64,000 bases of DNA from Patescibacteria group bacterium (GCA_041662965.1 JBAZRI010000002.1:46062-110061); one strand, 5' to 3'. Positions 10,068-20,662 are shown, counted from the first letter of the stretch. Notes: generated by a model not told the origin, from the letters alone. Made by a program: numbers and translations.

Positions 10068-11072
10068 TTAAAATTTCCCCGCCAGCTGCCCGCAGGCGGC
10101 TTTGATATCCTGGCCGAAACGGTAGCGTTCGGTTACTTCTACGCCTTGCTTATTTAAGGCCAATTTAAAATCTTTAATTCTCTTGGCCGGCGACGGCTTA
10201 AATTCATCGGTCGGATTATAAGCGATTAAATTCACGAAGTATAACGGCCGATCTATTTTTTTTAATAAAAGCGCTAGCTCTTGAGCCTGCTCTTTATCAT
10301 CATTAAATTTATCAATCATTAAATATTCAATCATAACCCGGCGGCCGGTTTGTTTTAAATAATTGTTTAATTCTTCAATAATCGCGTCAAGCGAATATTT
10401 TTTATTGGCCGGGATAAGCTGTTCGCGCAAATCATCGTTAGGCGCGTGAAGCGATATCGCCAAATTAACTTGTAGCGGCTGCGCAGCCAACTTTTTAATG
10501 CCGGTAGCTACGCCGATAGTGGAAATGGAAATATGGCGCGCACCGATATTAAGGCCGTCTTTACCGTTTAAAATTTTAATCGCGTCTAAAACATTATCAT
10601 AATTTAAAAACGGTTCGCCCATGCCCATAAAAACTATATTGTTAATCTGCCGGCCTTCTTTTTTTAATAAGCGCGCGAAATAAACAGCCTGCTCTATTAT
10701 CTCCGCGTCGGTTAAATTTCTTTTAAAGCCCATTTTCCCCGTAGCGCAAAATAAGCAGCCGAGCGGACAGCCAACTTGAGAAGACAAACAAACCGTGTTG
10801 CGCCCGGCGCCATGCTCAAGTAATACGGTTTCAATTTTTAAGCCGTCTTCTAAACTAATTAAAGCCTTAATAGAATTGCCTTCACGGCTAACTAAATTTT
10901 CCGCTTCAATCTCTAGCGGGCATTCTTGATTTAATTTTTTTCTTAGCGCCAGAGGAAAATTAGTGGCTTGATTCCAATTGCTTATTAAGTCAACAAAAAT
11001 CGCCTGTCTGGCTTGCTTTAATCTAAATTTCGGCTCCTGACTTAAAATATTTTCCAATTTTTCTAAATTCAT
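10068..11072 (-). CDS. rlmN: 23S rRNA A2503/tRNA radical SAM methyltransferase
   Basis: CLSSQVGCPLGCLFCATG, FMGMGEP, DIKAACGQL. Confidence 0.95.
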   Translation of the reverse strand: MNLEKLENILSQEPKFRLKQARQAIFVDLISNWNQATNFPLALRKKLNQECPLEIEAENLVSREGNSIKALISLEDGLKIETVLLEHGAGRNTVCLSSQVGCPLGCLFCATGKMGFKRNLTDAEIIEQAVYFARLLKKEGRQINNIVFMGMGEPFLNYDNVLDAIKILNGKDGLNIGARHISISTIGVATGIKKLAAQPLQVNLAISLHAPNDDLREQLIPANKKYSLDAIIEELNNYLKQTGRRVMIEYLMIDKFNDDKEQAQELALLLKKIDRPLYFVNLIAYNPTDEFKPSPAKRIKDFKLALNKQGVEVTERYRFGQDIKAACGQLAGKF

Positions 11073-11115
11073 ATAAAAAAACAAAATAATTATGCTTATC
11101 GAGCGCCTATCTTTT

Positions 11116-12018
11116 TTACGGCTGCAAAATATCCTCGGTTCGGCCGTTAACCGATATAATAACCTCTTTAACCGTAGAAAATTGTTTTAAGGTTTCGCTG
11201 ATTTGCGCCCGAATGGCGCCGACGCGGCATGATCCACCCATGCCCTTTTCCATAGTTTCATCAAAATCAACTTTAGCGACTCCGCCGGCAATAGTCAATT
11301 CTTGGATTTTAACGCCCGGGTTAATACTGGTGTAAAAGCCCTGGGATATTTCTTGCCCGCTCGGACCTTTTAAAAGCTCTTCAAGCGCCGCCTTAGCGGT
11401 CGCTACGGTTTTAGCGGCCTGGCGCTCCACGGCAAAAACTTTAGCGCAAGTTATCTCTTTATCTAAATTATTATTGCTAAAAAAGGCTTTGACTGCCATA
11501 ATTTCGCTAGGGCTGATTAAAACCGGCATCTCTATTTTTTTATCATTTTCCGGCAAACCGGACGGATTATCCTTTTTTAAAACCAACATGCCCGTAGTCG
11601 TGGCCGCTGCCTGGTAATTTATTTCTCCTTTAAACAGCACGAAATTCTCGGTCATCCAGTCGCTTTGCGCCTGCACGTAGCTTTGGCCTAATATTTTCCC
11701 CTGGTCATCAATAAGCTCAATCGGAAAACTGGCTTCAAAAAACCAATTGCCTCTGGCCTGCCCCTCTACGGCCAAGGGACTGCTAACCGTCTGGTTCGCT
11801 TGCGGCATTGTTACTAAAACTTCGTCCGGCTGTTTCTTGTCGCCGCAAGGCGTAGCTGGCTCGGACGCGCTCGGGTTGCCGTGTTTAACCCAGCCGCCGT
11901 TTTGGCAAAGCCAAATGTCTTCATCACCACTTAATAGTCTTACGCCTAAAATTACAACGGCTAATAAAAAAACGGCGATTACAATTTTCCAAACTAATTT
12001 TATTTTAAGAAACTCCAT
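11116..12018 (-). CDS. Membrane-anchored Gmad2 Ig-like + GerMN domain protein
   Basis: GQARGNWFFEASFP...DNPSGLPEN; ALEELLKGP...GGSCRV..IRAQI.ETLKQF. Confidence 0.8.
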   Translation of the reverse strand: MEFLKIKLVWKIVIAVFLLAVVILGVRLLSGDEDIWLCQNGGWVKHGNPSASEPATPCGDKKQPDEVLVTMPQANQTVSSPLAVEGQARGNWFFEASFPIELIDDQGKILGQSYVQAQSDWMTENFVLFKGEINYQAAATTTGMLVLKKDNPSGLPENDKKIEMPVLISPSEIMAVKAFFSNNNLDKEITCAKVFAVERQAAKTVATAKAALEELLKGPSGQEISQGFYTSINPGVKIQELTIAGGVAKVDFDETMEKGMGGSCRVGAIRAQISETLKQFSTVKEVIISVNGRTEDILQP

Positions 12019-12434
12019 AAATTTAAACCGGTTAATTTATTAAATTTTCTATTTAAAAGTTCGCCCGAAGCTTCTAAAATCGCGCACTCGCAGGCGAAAA
12101 TAATTGAACCTTTTTCCAAGTGTCCGCCGTAAACTCGACCGGCTCTGTCGGACACGGTTAAATGGGCATGAATAAACGGCTGGCTGTCTTTAAGCGATAT
12201 ATTGCCAAGACAAGATAAAATTTCCAAAGGCTTATTCACGCTTTCAGCTAAATACTTTTTATTAGCCTGATCATAAAAGCCCAGTTTAGCGTTTTTTAAA
12301 GCGCCGACAGCGAAAATTAACCCGGCCTTGATATTATTTTCTAAACAATAGCCGGAGATGGCGCTGTGCAAATCATCGCCGTTTTTAATCTCCAGCCAAA
12401 TTAATTTTTTGATCTTTTGCCTTTTAATTTTCAT
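12000..12434 (-). CDS. PPC/DUF296 domain protein
   Basis: EILSCLGNI...HAHLTVSD...GGHL. Confidence 0.88.
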   Translation of the reverse strand: MKIKRQKIKKLIWLEIKNGDDLHSAISGYCLENNIKAGLIFAVGALKNAKLGFYDQANKKYLAESVNKPLEILSCLGNISLKDSQPFIHAHLTVSDRAGRVYGGHLEKGSIIFACECAILEASGELLNRKFNKLTGLNLWSFLK

Positions 12435-12576
12435 AAATTATGATTTTTTATAATTAGCAATTTTAACAGCTTGCCGGTATCTAAAACTTGAAGGCGTTCT
12501 AAAGCCCGGATTGCCGCGTCGGCCGCCGACTTTTGCTCGCGCTTGTGATTTCATATTATTTTATATTGCTCTAACC

Positions 12577-12675
12577 GCTTGGGCTAAATTTGGAAAATTT
12601 TCGTGCGAGGACTGTTTGAGCCAGCCATGGGCTGACGAGTTCCGCAGTAGAAAATTTTATAAATTTAGCCCAAGC
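12577..12675 (+). repeat. Long palindromic repeat family C, copy 1
   Basis: Core TCGTGCGAGGACTGTTTGAGC-hairpin-CGAGTTCCGCAGTAG inside a copy-specific inverted repeat. Confidence 0.88.
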
Positions 12676-12700
12676 CTAGGCTGTTGTAAATATTATAATA

Positions 12701-12988
12701 TTATTTTTTGTTTTCCTCTTCGTTTTTGCCGAAAAATCTGGTTAAATAAACAGTAACAATTACTACCAAGATAGTAATAACAATGGCATAAATAAATTTA
12801 ACCAAGATTGAATCTTTATCAACGGCAAAAAAACTTTTAATTAAAGATTGAATAGCCTCATTCCAGGCCAAGCCGGCGACTAGCCCGAAAGCCGTAAGAA
12901 TAAAGCCTAAAGTTTTTTCTTTGACTTCGCGCGAAATTTTTGAACTTTCTGTTTTAATTTTTTCAAAATGATTGTTGCTGTTTTCCAT
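12701..12988 (-). CDS. Small membrane protein (DUF5654-like)
   Basis: AFGLVAGLAWNEAI motif, two TM helices. Confidence 0.75.
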   Translation of the reverse strand: MENSNNHFEKIKTESSKISREVKEKTLGFILTAFGLVAGLAWNEAIQSLIKSFFAVDKDSILVKFIYAIVITILVVIVTVYLTRFFGKNEEENKK

Positions 12989-14243
12989 ATTTTTTATCTT
13001 TAAATAATTTTATAATAACGGCAAAAGCCAAAATCAAAAAAGTCAGCCAAAATAGGCCTAAGGCGAATCCAACCATAACGTCGCTAAAATAATGCACTTT
13101 CAGATAAACCCTTGAGAAACCGACTAACATTATTAAAAATAAATTGCTGAAAATAAATAAATATTTTAACAATTTATTTTTTATTTTTTCGTAAAACAAA
13201 AACATTATTAAAGAAAAAAATATTATAGCCATGAGCGAATGCTGGCTGGGGAAACTGAAGCTAGTTTCTAAAACTAGGCCGCCGGCCGGCCTTGAACGGC
13301 CGATTAACTGCTTAAAAATCGCGCCTAAAACTAGACCGCCGGCCGAACTCATAAAAATTAAAGCGGCTTTATGCCAATTTTTTTTCATGAAAAAATAAAC
13401 AGCCGCGAGCATGGCTATGGCCAATAAAACTTCCGGGCTTAAAGCATTGGTTATAAAAATCATCAGCTTATTTAACCATGGCTGATGAATTGAAGCTATA
13501 TTTTGCGTAAGCCAAAGATCAAAATGATAGGTTGCTTCTTTGTCAAAATAATCTTCAACCATCTTGGAAAAAACATAAATTGACATGGCGTTCAGGGCTA
13601 AATACAAACTATGCTTTCTGACAAAAATCTGCCTTCTCTTATTAAGCGTCCGATAAGCAAAAAATATTAAAATAATTAAAATTATGGCGGCTAAAACTAT
13701 CCGGCCGAAATATTTGGCCGCGCCTTCAAAGCCTTGGCCCATAAGATAACCTAAAAGAACGGATAAAACCGCCCAGCTAGCGCCGCCGACGATAGAATAA
13801 AAAATAAATTTAGGAAATTTTATTTTGTAAATGCCGGCTAAAAAAGCCGCTAAAGCCCTGGTAAACGGGCTAAACCGTCCGATAATCAAAGCTTTACCCG
13901 TATGTTCGGCCACCAATTTTTTAGTATTCTTATATTTCTCCTCATTTAAAAAAAAGTATTTGCCGTAGCGGATAACAAAATCATAGCCGAATTTACGGCC
14001 AATATAGTAAGCTAGCAAATCGCCGACAACCACGCCAACGGCCGCCGCGGCCATAACCGCTTCTAGCCTAAATACTCCGAGTTTGGCCAAAAGTCCTCCT
14101 AATATAATTATCGTATGGCCGGGAATAAAAGTGCCGAAAATCGGTAAAGCCTCGGCGATAGCCGCAAGAAATATAATAATATAGCCCCAATGGTCAAGCA
14201 GGGGCAAGGGCAAATTCAATAAAAAATCATTGATATTAAACAT
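12963..14243 (-). CDS. DedA/VTT + PAP2 phosphatase fusion
   Basis: DedA (GRFSPFTR) N-terminus; PAP2 K..RP, SFPSQH, SRVYLKVHYFSDV. Confidence 0.88.
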   Translation of the reverse strand: MFNINDFLLNLPLPLLDHWGYIIIFLAAIAEALPIFGTFIPGHTIIILGGLLAKLGVFRLEAVMAAAAVGVVVGDLLAYYIGRKFGYDFVIRYGKYFFLNEEKYKNTKKLVAEHTGKALIIGRFSPFTRALAAFLAGIYKIKFPKFIFYSIVGGASWAVLSVLLGYLMGQGFEGAAKYFGRIVLAAIILIILIFFAYRTLNKRRQIFVRKHSLYLALNAMSIYVFSKMVEDYFDKEATYHFDLWLTQNIASIHQPWLNKLMIFITNALSPEVLLAIAMLAAVYFFMKKNWHKAALIFMSSAGGLVLGAIFKQLIGRSRPAGGLVLETSFSFPSQHSLMAIIFFSLIMFLFYEKIKNKLLKYLFIFSNLFLIMLVGFSRVYLKVHYFSDVMVGFALGLFWLTFLILAFAVIIKLFKDKKYGKQQQSF

Positions 14244-14336
14244 GAATATAATATAACATTTAAATCAATAAATGAAAAATCTAAAAAACAACGCCGCTCG
14301 GACGTTGTTTTATCTTAATTATTGCTCTTAAAAAAT

Positions 14337-15299
14337 TTATTTTATTTTACAAACCGCCTTTAAAGCCGTTATATCGTCGGCCGTTATTTTTTCATTGCCG
14401 CTTTCGTTTAATCTATACATAACCGCATGGGGATTATCCAGATGATCAATTCCTAAGGCATGGCCAAGCTCATGAGCTAAAACTCTAACTAACAACTCTT
14501 GATTATCAAACTGATAAATATCTATTCTTTCACCGGTTTCATCTTTAACATATCGGCCTTCCTGAAATTCGCCCGAAGCGCTGGCGCCAATAGTATTATA
14601 ATCGCCCACGGTTAAATTCAATTCGCGAATCAACCTATTTATAACGCTGGCCACGGCGTTAATATCGTCAACCGTTTTATTAAGCGCAGTTTGCTTTTGC
14701 TTGATTGATTCTACCAGCTTATTTAAATCTTTTCTTTCTTGCTCTAAAATATCGTATTCGGCCGCGCTTGCTCCGCCGCGCTTATTAGCCGCCTTAACTT
14801 CGTCTTCGTAGTTAGCCTTTTGCTCATCATAATATTTAACAATATTATCAAGCTCGGTTTTTTGCGCGTTATAAGTTTTTTCAAAAGCGTTATATTTAAC
14901 TTTTAAAACTTCATAACTGGCTTGATCGTTATTAATGTTAAGGCCTAATTTTTTTAACTTATCGGTCGCTTCTTGGCGCGAGTCATAAATCAAATTAATT
15001 TTTAAACCTGCCTGTCCGGTAGGCAGGGCGCCGTTCTCCGCGTAAGTAAATAAATTTTTGTTGATGGGTGTTTGCCAAATTTGCGCCGCCTGATCGATGG
15101 CTTTTAAAAAATCGGACTGGCTCAAGCCGAATTTAGAATCAAAATCGCCGAGCGAATATTCAATCGGTTTATCGCAAGGATTAATTATCTTAGTTAAATT
15201 TTTTTCGGCCAGCTTTAAATCGTCTTCAAAATAAAACACCAAACCGATAATTAAAGCGGCGGAAAAAACTATTGTAATTATTCTATAAAATATTTTCAT
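14337..15299 (-). CDS. Matrixin-family zinc metalloprotease with coiled coil
   Basis: HELGHALGIDH zinc motif and AVMY Met-turn; N-terminal TM. Confidence 0.85.
   Translation of the reverse strand: MKIFYRIITIVFSAALIIGLVFYFEDDLKLAEKNLTKIINPCDKPIEYSLGDFDSKFGLSQSDFLKAIDQAAQIWQTPINKNLFTYAENGALPTGQAGLKINLIYDSRQEATDKLKKLGLNINNDQASYEVLKVKYNAFEKTYNAQKTELDNIVKYYDEQKANYEDEVKAANKRGGASAAEYDILEQERKDLNKLVESIKQKQTALNKTVDDINAVASVINRLIRELNLTVGDYNTIGASASGEFQEGRYVKDETGERIDIYQFDNQELLVRVLAHELGHALGIDHLDNPHAVMYRLNESGNEKITADDITALKAVCKIK
15007..15027. repeat. 21-bp palindrome (family F) in frame within the matrixin gene
   Basis: CCTGCCTGTCCGGTAGGCAGG; 20-bp relatives at 36203 and 63348. Confidence 0.8.
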
Positions 15300-15370
15300 A
15301 AAACTCACCGTTATATGAATCTATACCTCTATTTTACGCCAACATTGAATAATCGTAAACTGCCCGAGAC

Positions 15371-16822
15371 CTAAACTTTGCCTAAATCCAAATCATCATC
15401 AAACTTTATCTGTTTGACGAAATCAGGCATATGGCTAACCATAATCATGGCGCCGGCGTATTCATTAATCGCCTTGGCGATTATGGGCAGATGGCGAAAA
15501 TTAATATGATTGGTCGGCTCATCTAAAATTAATAGTCCGGGCTGCATAAGCGTAAGGCGCGCGAAAGATAATAACCCCTTTTGCCCTTCGGATAACTCAC
15601 TTACTTTATGGCCCATTAAATCTCCGTGGATTAAGAATCCGGCCGCGACCGAACGCATGGCCTGCGTATCCGTGCCTTCATTCAGAGCACTCGCGAGCGA
15701 ATCAAAAACCGTCTGATTAAAATCCAAATTGGAAAAATCCTGGCTGTAATAACCGACGCGCACCTTATCTAAAATTTTTGCCTGTTGGTTTTTCCCGGAA
15801 ACGAGCGAACGCAAAAACGTGCTTTTGCCGACTCCATTCGGTCCGGTAACGAGCAAGTGTATTTTTTTACGAATTATTTTATCAACCTCTTTTATTATGG
15901 GCTGATGATTATGGATAACTTTTACGGCGCTGATTTTAACAATCTCGCCGGCGATATCTTGCGCCTTAATACTAAATTCCCTAATAGTTTTATCTTCCTG
16001 CCTGACGTCTACCATATCTTCTTCAAGCTCGGCGGTTTCGTCTTTAAGCTTTTTAGCCAGTTTGCGCATCTTGCCGCCCTTGTTGGCGAAAAAATTCACT
16101 TTTTCTTTGCGATCGATAATTAATTTTTTAAGCTGGGCGTTTTTTCTCCGCTCGCGCTCAACTCGCTTGGAAATTTCTTCAACTACCGAAAAATAATCGC
16201 CGACATACGTTTCGATTTTTTTGGTAAAAACATCAAGATAAATAACGCCTTCGGTAAAGCAATTTAAAAAATCCGCGTCATGGGAAATTACAATTACGGT
16301 TTTATCATACATAACTAAAAATTCAATTAAATGATCAATGCCGGCCTGATCTAAATTGTTAGTCGGTTCGTCAAGCAAAAGTATATCCGGATTTTGGATC
16401 AAGGCAAAAGCTAAAAGCAATCTGGCCTGCTGCCCGCCGGAAAGATCTCCGACTAGCCGATCGGTCGGAGCGTCTAAATTAACCGCTTCTAAAACTTTAG
16501 ATATTTTACTGGCCAAATTTGGTTGTACTATTTCAAAAGCTTTGGCAAAATATTCTATGATTGTTAAAGAGAAATCTTCGCGCGCCATAACTTGCTTGGC
16601 CGTAGCGATAGTCGCGCCGTTAGTGATAGATACCCGGCCGGACTTAGGTTTTAATTCGCCCATAATTAAAGCGAACATTGAACTCTTGCCCGCGCCGTTT
16701 TGCCCCATTAATGTAATTTTAGCGCTTTTACGCACGCTAAAACCGGCTCCATCTAAAATCGGCTTATCATGCTCGTATTCAAAATTTACTTCGTCAAATC
16801 GCAAAATTACTTCTTCGGACAT
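15371..16822 (-). CDS. ABC-F family ATPase
   Basis: Two ABC domains (GQNGAGKS, LLLDEPTNNLD; GPNGVGKST, LILDEPTNH), no TM. Confidence 0.9.
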   Translation of the reverse strand: MSEEVILRFDEVNFEYEHDKPILDGAGFSVRKSAKITLMGQNGAGKSSMFALIMGELKPKSGRVSITNGATIATAKQVMAREDFSLTIIEYFAKAFEIVQPNLASKISKVLEAVNLDAPTDRLVGDLSGGQQARLLLAFALIQNPDILLLDEPTNNLDQAGIDHLIEFLVMYDKTVIVISHDADFLNCFTEGVIYLDVFTKKIETYVGDYFSVVEEISKRVERERRKNAQLKKLIIDRKEKVNFFANKGGKMRKLAKKLKDETAELEEDMVDVRQEDKTIREFSIKAQDIAGEIVKISAVKVIHNHQPIIKEVDKIIRKKIHLLVTGPNGVGKSTFLRSLVSGKNQQAKILDKVRVGYYSQDFSNLDFNQTVFDSLASALNEGTDTQAMRSVAAGFLIHGDLMGHKVSELSEGQKGLLSFARLTLMQPGLLILDEPTNHINFRHLPIIAKAINEYAGAMIMVSHMPDFVKQIKFDDDLDLGKV

Positions 16823-16839
16823 AAAATAATATGATAAAT

Positions 16840-16947
16840 TTTGACGGATAGAATTTTTGATTTTGAGCGCATACGAAATTGTAGTATTTTTTTAAAAAAA
16901 TACCCAAATTTCGTCTAAGTGAAAAATCAAAAAATCTATCCGTCAAA
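16840..16947 (+). repeat. Long palindromic repeat family D, copy 2
   Basis: TTTGACGGATAGA...GCGCATACGAAATTGTAG...CAAATTTCGTCTAAGTG...TCTATCCGTCAAA. Confidence 0.88.
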
Positions 16948-17026
16948 CCAAAAAAATATAGTAAACAAAAAAGGCGTTTACTACGCCATTAATGTTAATA
17001 TAACATATTATTTAAAAAAGTCTAGC

Positions 17027-18262
17027 TTAAAAAATCACGCTCTCCCCGGCCGCGTAGCCCGTGCTCCAGCAAATTTGCAAATTATAACCGCCGCTTGGCC
17101 CGTCTAAATCCAGTATTTCTCCGGCTAAAAATAAATTTTCATATAGCCGCGAGCGCATGGTTTTAGGATCAACTTCTTTAATATCAACTCCGCCGGCCGT
17201 AATCATGGCCTTATTAAAGCCTTTTAGCTCTTTAATTTCTAAAGAAAATTCTTTAAGCGCTTTTACCAAAGCTTGGCGTTCGGACTTAGTAATAATATTA
17301 ACTTGTTTTAAGGCATTAACGCCGGCTAGTTTAATAATAACGGGCGCTAATTTCGGCGGTACCAAGCCGGTTAAATAATTTTTAAACATTTTATTATGCG
17401 CTTGGTGAAAATCATTTTGCAGTTTTTTTTCTAATTCAGCCGATTCCATCTCCGGCTTAAAATCAATTCTTAAAAAAGTCGGGGCCGGCAGTATCGCGCC
17501 GATGCGCTCGCTTAAATCAATAATCGCCGGACCGCTTATGCCGTCGGCCGTAAAAATAATTTCTCCCATGCGGCTAATAATTTTTTTATTATTTTGATAA
17601 AGGCTGATTCTAATATCTTTTAAGCTTAAGCCTTCTAAATTTTTAACGATTGGTTCTTTTACTATTACCGGCGTTAAGGCCGGCCTAGGCGTAATAATTT
17701 TATGGCCTAATTTTTCCAGCCACTCGAAGCCCGAGCCTGTTGAACCGGTCTCGGCGTACGACTTGCCGCCGGTTGAAATGATAAAATTTTTACTTAAAAT
17801 TTCTTGGCCATTATTTAAAATAACGCTGGCAATTTTATTTTTAATAACTAAAATCTTTTTAACCTCGGCGCCAAATTTTATATCAATGCTGTTTTGCTTT
17901 AAATATTTAATTAGCGCGCTTCGCACATCAATCGCTTTATCGCTTAGCGGAAAAACACGGCCGCGGTCTTCTTCTTTTGTCGCCACGCCTAAATCGTTAA
18001 AAAACTTTATCGTATCTTCGGCGCCGAATTTATTAAACGCGGAAAATAAAAATTTATGATTTTTTCCATAAACGTTAATCATCTCTTTTTTATCGGCCAG
18101 TACATTAGTAATATTACAACGGCCATGCCCGGTCGCGAGCAGTTTAGCCCCGAGCTGATTATTTTTTTCGAGTAAAAGAACGCGCGCTCCCCGTTCGCCC
18201 GCGCGAGCGGCCGCCATCATGCCGGCCGGCCCGCCGCCGATTACTATTACATCATAAAGCAT
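17027..18262 (-). CDS. HI0933/YhiN(BaiN)-family flavoprotein
   Basis: GGGPAGMMAA, GHGRCNITN, GEILDLDGPSGGYNLQ. Confidence 0.92.
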   Translation of the reverse strand: MLYDVIVIGGGPAGMMAAARAGERGARVLLLEKNNQLGAKLLATGHGRCNITNVLADKKEMINVYGKNHKFLFSAFNKFGAEDTIKFFNDLGVATKEEDRGRVFPLSDKAIDVRSALIKYLKQNSIDIKFGAEVKKILVIKNKIASVILNNGQEILSKNFIISTGGKSYAETGSTGSGFEWLEKLGHKIITPRPALTPVIVKEPIVKNLEGLSLKDIRISLYQNNKKIISRMGEIIFTADGISGPAIIDLSERIGAILPAPTFLRIDFKPEMESAELEKKLQNDFHQAHNKMFKNYLTGLVPPKLAPVIIKLAGVNALKQVNIITKSERQALVKALKEFSLEIKELKGFNKAMITAGGVDIKEVDPKTMRSRLYENLFLAGEILDLDGPSGGYNLQICWSTGYAAGESVIF

Positions 18263-18264
18263 AA

Positions 18265-18567
18265 TTATTTTTTAGAAGAATATTTTTTAGCCCAAACTCT
18301 GTCAATATAAACCAAGCGCCACCAAACCCGGCCTAAGAGAAATCCGCCAACCGCGCCTAAAATTAAAAGTAAAATTGAGAGCGCGGGCGGTAAAGCGCAA
18401 TTGCCGTAAAAACGTACTGTTCTACCCTGGCTTAAAACAGAATTTAAATAATTAATTTCAATTACTGCATGAGCGATAAAACTTAAAAGCACGCCCAAAA
18501 TAGTGGCGGCGAATAAATAAATCGCTTTTTTAAAATTGGTTGGATTGCCTGGTGCGTTAAAAAACAT
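18265..18567 (-). CDS. Small membrane protein
   Basis: Two TM helices, WWRLVYID C-terminus; adjacent and co-oriented with the flavoprotein gene. Confidence 0.7.
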   Translation of the reverse strand: MFFNAPGNPTNFKKAIYLFAATILGVLLSFIAHAVIEINYLNSVLSQGRTVRFYGNCALPPALSILLLILGAVGGFLLGRVWWRLVYIDRVWAKKYSSKK

Positions 18568-18643
18568 AATTTTATTTATTAAATTATATTATTATTTTAC
18601 CATTTTACTTGCTAAAACACAAAAAAAATTTTATATTAACATC

Positions 18644-19141
18644 ATGCAAACTCCAATTAGAAAACCTGGAAAATACACTCATCTAAAGCCTGATAGGCAT
18701 CTAACCGAGGTCAAATACAGCGAGCTTAAAAATAAGCTGGACCGGCTTAAATTTAACCGTCCGCGGCTGGCGGAAGAAGTTAAAAAATACGCTTCAGACG
18801 GCGATTTTTCGGAAAACGCGGCTTACCAAATCGCCAAAGGCCGTTTAAGAGGCATGAACCAAAAAATTTTAGAAATAGAAGATCATCTAAAACTCGCCGT
18901 AATAATTAAGCCTGTTAAAAATAGCGGCCTAGTCCAACTAGGCTCAAGCGTAACCGTTGCTACCGGCGGAAAAGAAAAAACCTATTTAATACTAGGGTCG
19001 TCGGAAACTAACCCGCAAAGCGGCATTATCTCGCGCAATTCTCCGATCGGCTCGGCCCTAATCGGCGGAAAACTCGGCGAGCAGATAAAAATAAAACTGG
19101 CCGATAGAGTAGTTGAATATAAAATTATAAAAATAGAATAG
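18644..19141 (+). CDS. greA: Transcription elongation factor GreA/GreB family
   Basis: GDFSENAAY, ISRNSPIGSALIG; probable start ATG 18644. Confidence 0.9.
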   Translation: MQTPIRKPGKYTHLKPDRHLTEVKYSELKNKLDRLKFNRPRLAEEVKKYASDGDFSENAAYQIAKGRLRGMNQKILEIEDHLKLAVIIKPVKNSGLVQLGSSVTVATGGKEKTYLILGSSETNPQSGIISRNSPIGSALIGGKLGEQIKIKLADRVVEYKIIKIE

Positions 19142-19230
19142 CTTTAAAAAAAATAGACCTCGATTGGATAGATTCGAGGTCTTTTGGTTTTAATTTAGCA
19201 CATCGTCAGCTGTTTTTCTTTTTTAAATTG

Positions 19231-19761
19231 TTAAATGACTGACAGTGCGTCGGACAAAATCTTTTTGACTTTTTCCAAACAGGCGATAAAGTCAGCTTTT
19301 TTATTACTCGGGTTTAAACCAGTGCATGTGGCAATTACTTTTTGAATGGCCGTTTCCATTTTATTCTCCCTCATAAGAATGCTGTCCAACTCTGTTTTTG
19401 CAGAACTCCGCAGTTCAGCTTTCGATTTAACCATGGCTTCGCTTGCAACAACAAGATCATCATATCTTTTGAGTAGATCTAAAAACTTCTGACCATCGGC
19501 CTTTTTGTTCTCTTCGACCGTCTTGAGTTGATTCTCCAGATCAATCACCTGTTTTTCATAAATGAAAAGCTCGCCCAATGTTTTGTCTAATAACTCATGC
19601 ATGCCGGCCTGTAATGCAGCAACAGTCAACTCGGCAATAATTTGGCCGGGATTTTTCGTGTCGTCACGGATGGTGAAACGAATCTCCGGGATATCACCTA
19701 ATTCCCTTTTTAAAATTTCCTCAATTTTTTTCAGTCGTTTTCTGTTCTCGTCATCTTTCAT
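19231..19761 (-). CDS. Hypothetical coiled-coil protein
   Basis: ORF with SD AGAGGAG upstream of ATG 19761; no family recognised. Confidence 0.6.
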   Translation of the reverse strand: MKDDENRKRLKKIEEILKRELGDIPEIRFTIRDDTKNPGQIIAELTVAALQAGMHELLDKTLGELFIYEKQVIDLENQLKTVEENKKADGQKFLDLLKRYDDLVVASEAMVKSKAELRSSAKTELDSILMRENKMETAIQKVIATCTGLNPSNKKADFIACLEKVKKILSDALSVI

Positions 19762-19936
19762 CTTTTCATCTCCTCTCGTTAAACGTTGCAAAAATTATAC
19801 TGCTCTTAAATAGCGACCTTTATAAAATGTACGATTTTTAAACTTCAATAAAAATTATCATAATAATTGTTTTATGTCAATATAAAAAATCGCCCGGCAT
19901 TTTACCGAGCGATTTTTATATTATCCGTCTAATATT

Positions 19937-20458
19937 TTAATCGCAAAAGCCCGCGAGCATGTCGGCGGGAAACTGATAATCTAATTTAATGCTTTCGCAA
20001 TCAATACTGCCGTTGCCGTCATAAACCAACTCCCACATATTACCCTGCCTGGCCGCTAAAAATAATCCGCCTGCTCCCCCGGCCGGCAGGCCTTTGGCCG
20101 CGAAAGAAACTTTGCCGACCATATAGTCGGCGGATTTTTTTGTGGCCGTTACGGTAACGTCAGCCGCCGGCTTGTTATATTTCTGCGCCAGCCGATATTG
20201 GATTTCCTGCTCCGCGCCAGCGTAGCACGCTTCTTCCCAAATTCGCAAACATTTATTTTTAACTTCGCACCATTGATAGCCGGCCGGGCCGAGACAGCCA
20301 TGCTCGTCTTTATCCCCGCCAATCAGCGGCTCCGCGTTATTTTCTTCTTGTTGGGGCGGAATTACCGCCGGAGTTTCACTAGTGCGTTTTGTTTCTCTGG
20401 TACAGCCGGTAATCGCCAATAATGGCAAAAAAACAGTTAAAATTAATAATTTTTTCAT
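19937..20458 (-). CDS. Lipoprotein with GGDKDEHGC...WC...C..WEE Cys-rich motif
   Basis: Lipobox ITGC; motif common in CPR surface proteins. Confidence 0.8.
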   Translation of the reverse strand: MKKLLILTVFLPLLAITGCTRETKRTSETPAVIPPQQEENNAEPLIGGDKDEHGCLGPAGYQWCEVKNKCLRIWEEACYAGAEQEIQYRLAQKYNKPAADVTVTATKKSADYMVGKVSFAAKGLPAGGAGGLFLAARQGNMWELVYDGNGSIDCESIKLDYQFPADMLAGFCD

Positions 20459-20662
20459 AATTTTAATATTTATTATTTATATATTAATATTAACATACGT
20501 AAACTTATTTGTTAATACGTATTTTTAAATATTTACTTAAATGTTAATTTAAATATTCTCCTGAATATTTTACTCTTTTCTAATTTTAGAGTAAAATAAA
20601 AATATTAATTCATATAATCTCGTCATTATCCAATTAACATTTCTAGGGGGGAGGATAATGCC

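Noticed and set aside
12438-12554. 38-codon basic ORF or gene remnant upstream of the PPC gene
   Set aside because: No recognisable motif, and two frames are about equally plausible.
20070-20090. Possible second in-frame family F insertion (LPAGGAG) in the lipoprotein
   Set aside because: CCTGCTCCCCCGGCCGGCAGG has several mismatches and lies in a naturally Gly-rich loop; it cannot be separated from chance without orthologs.
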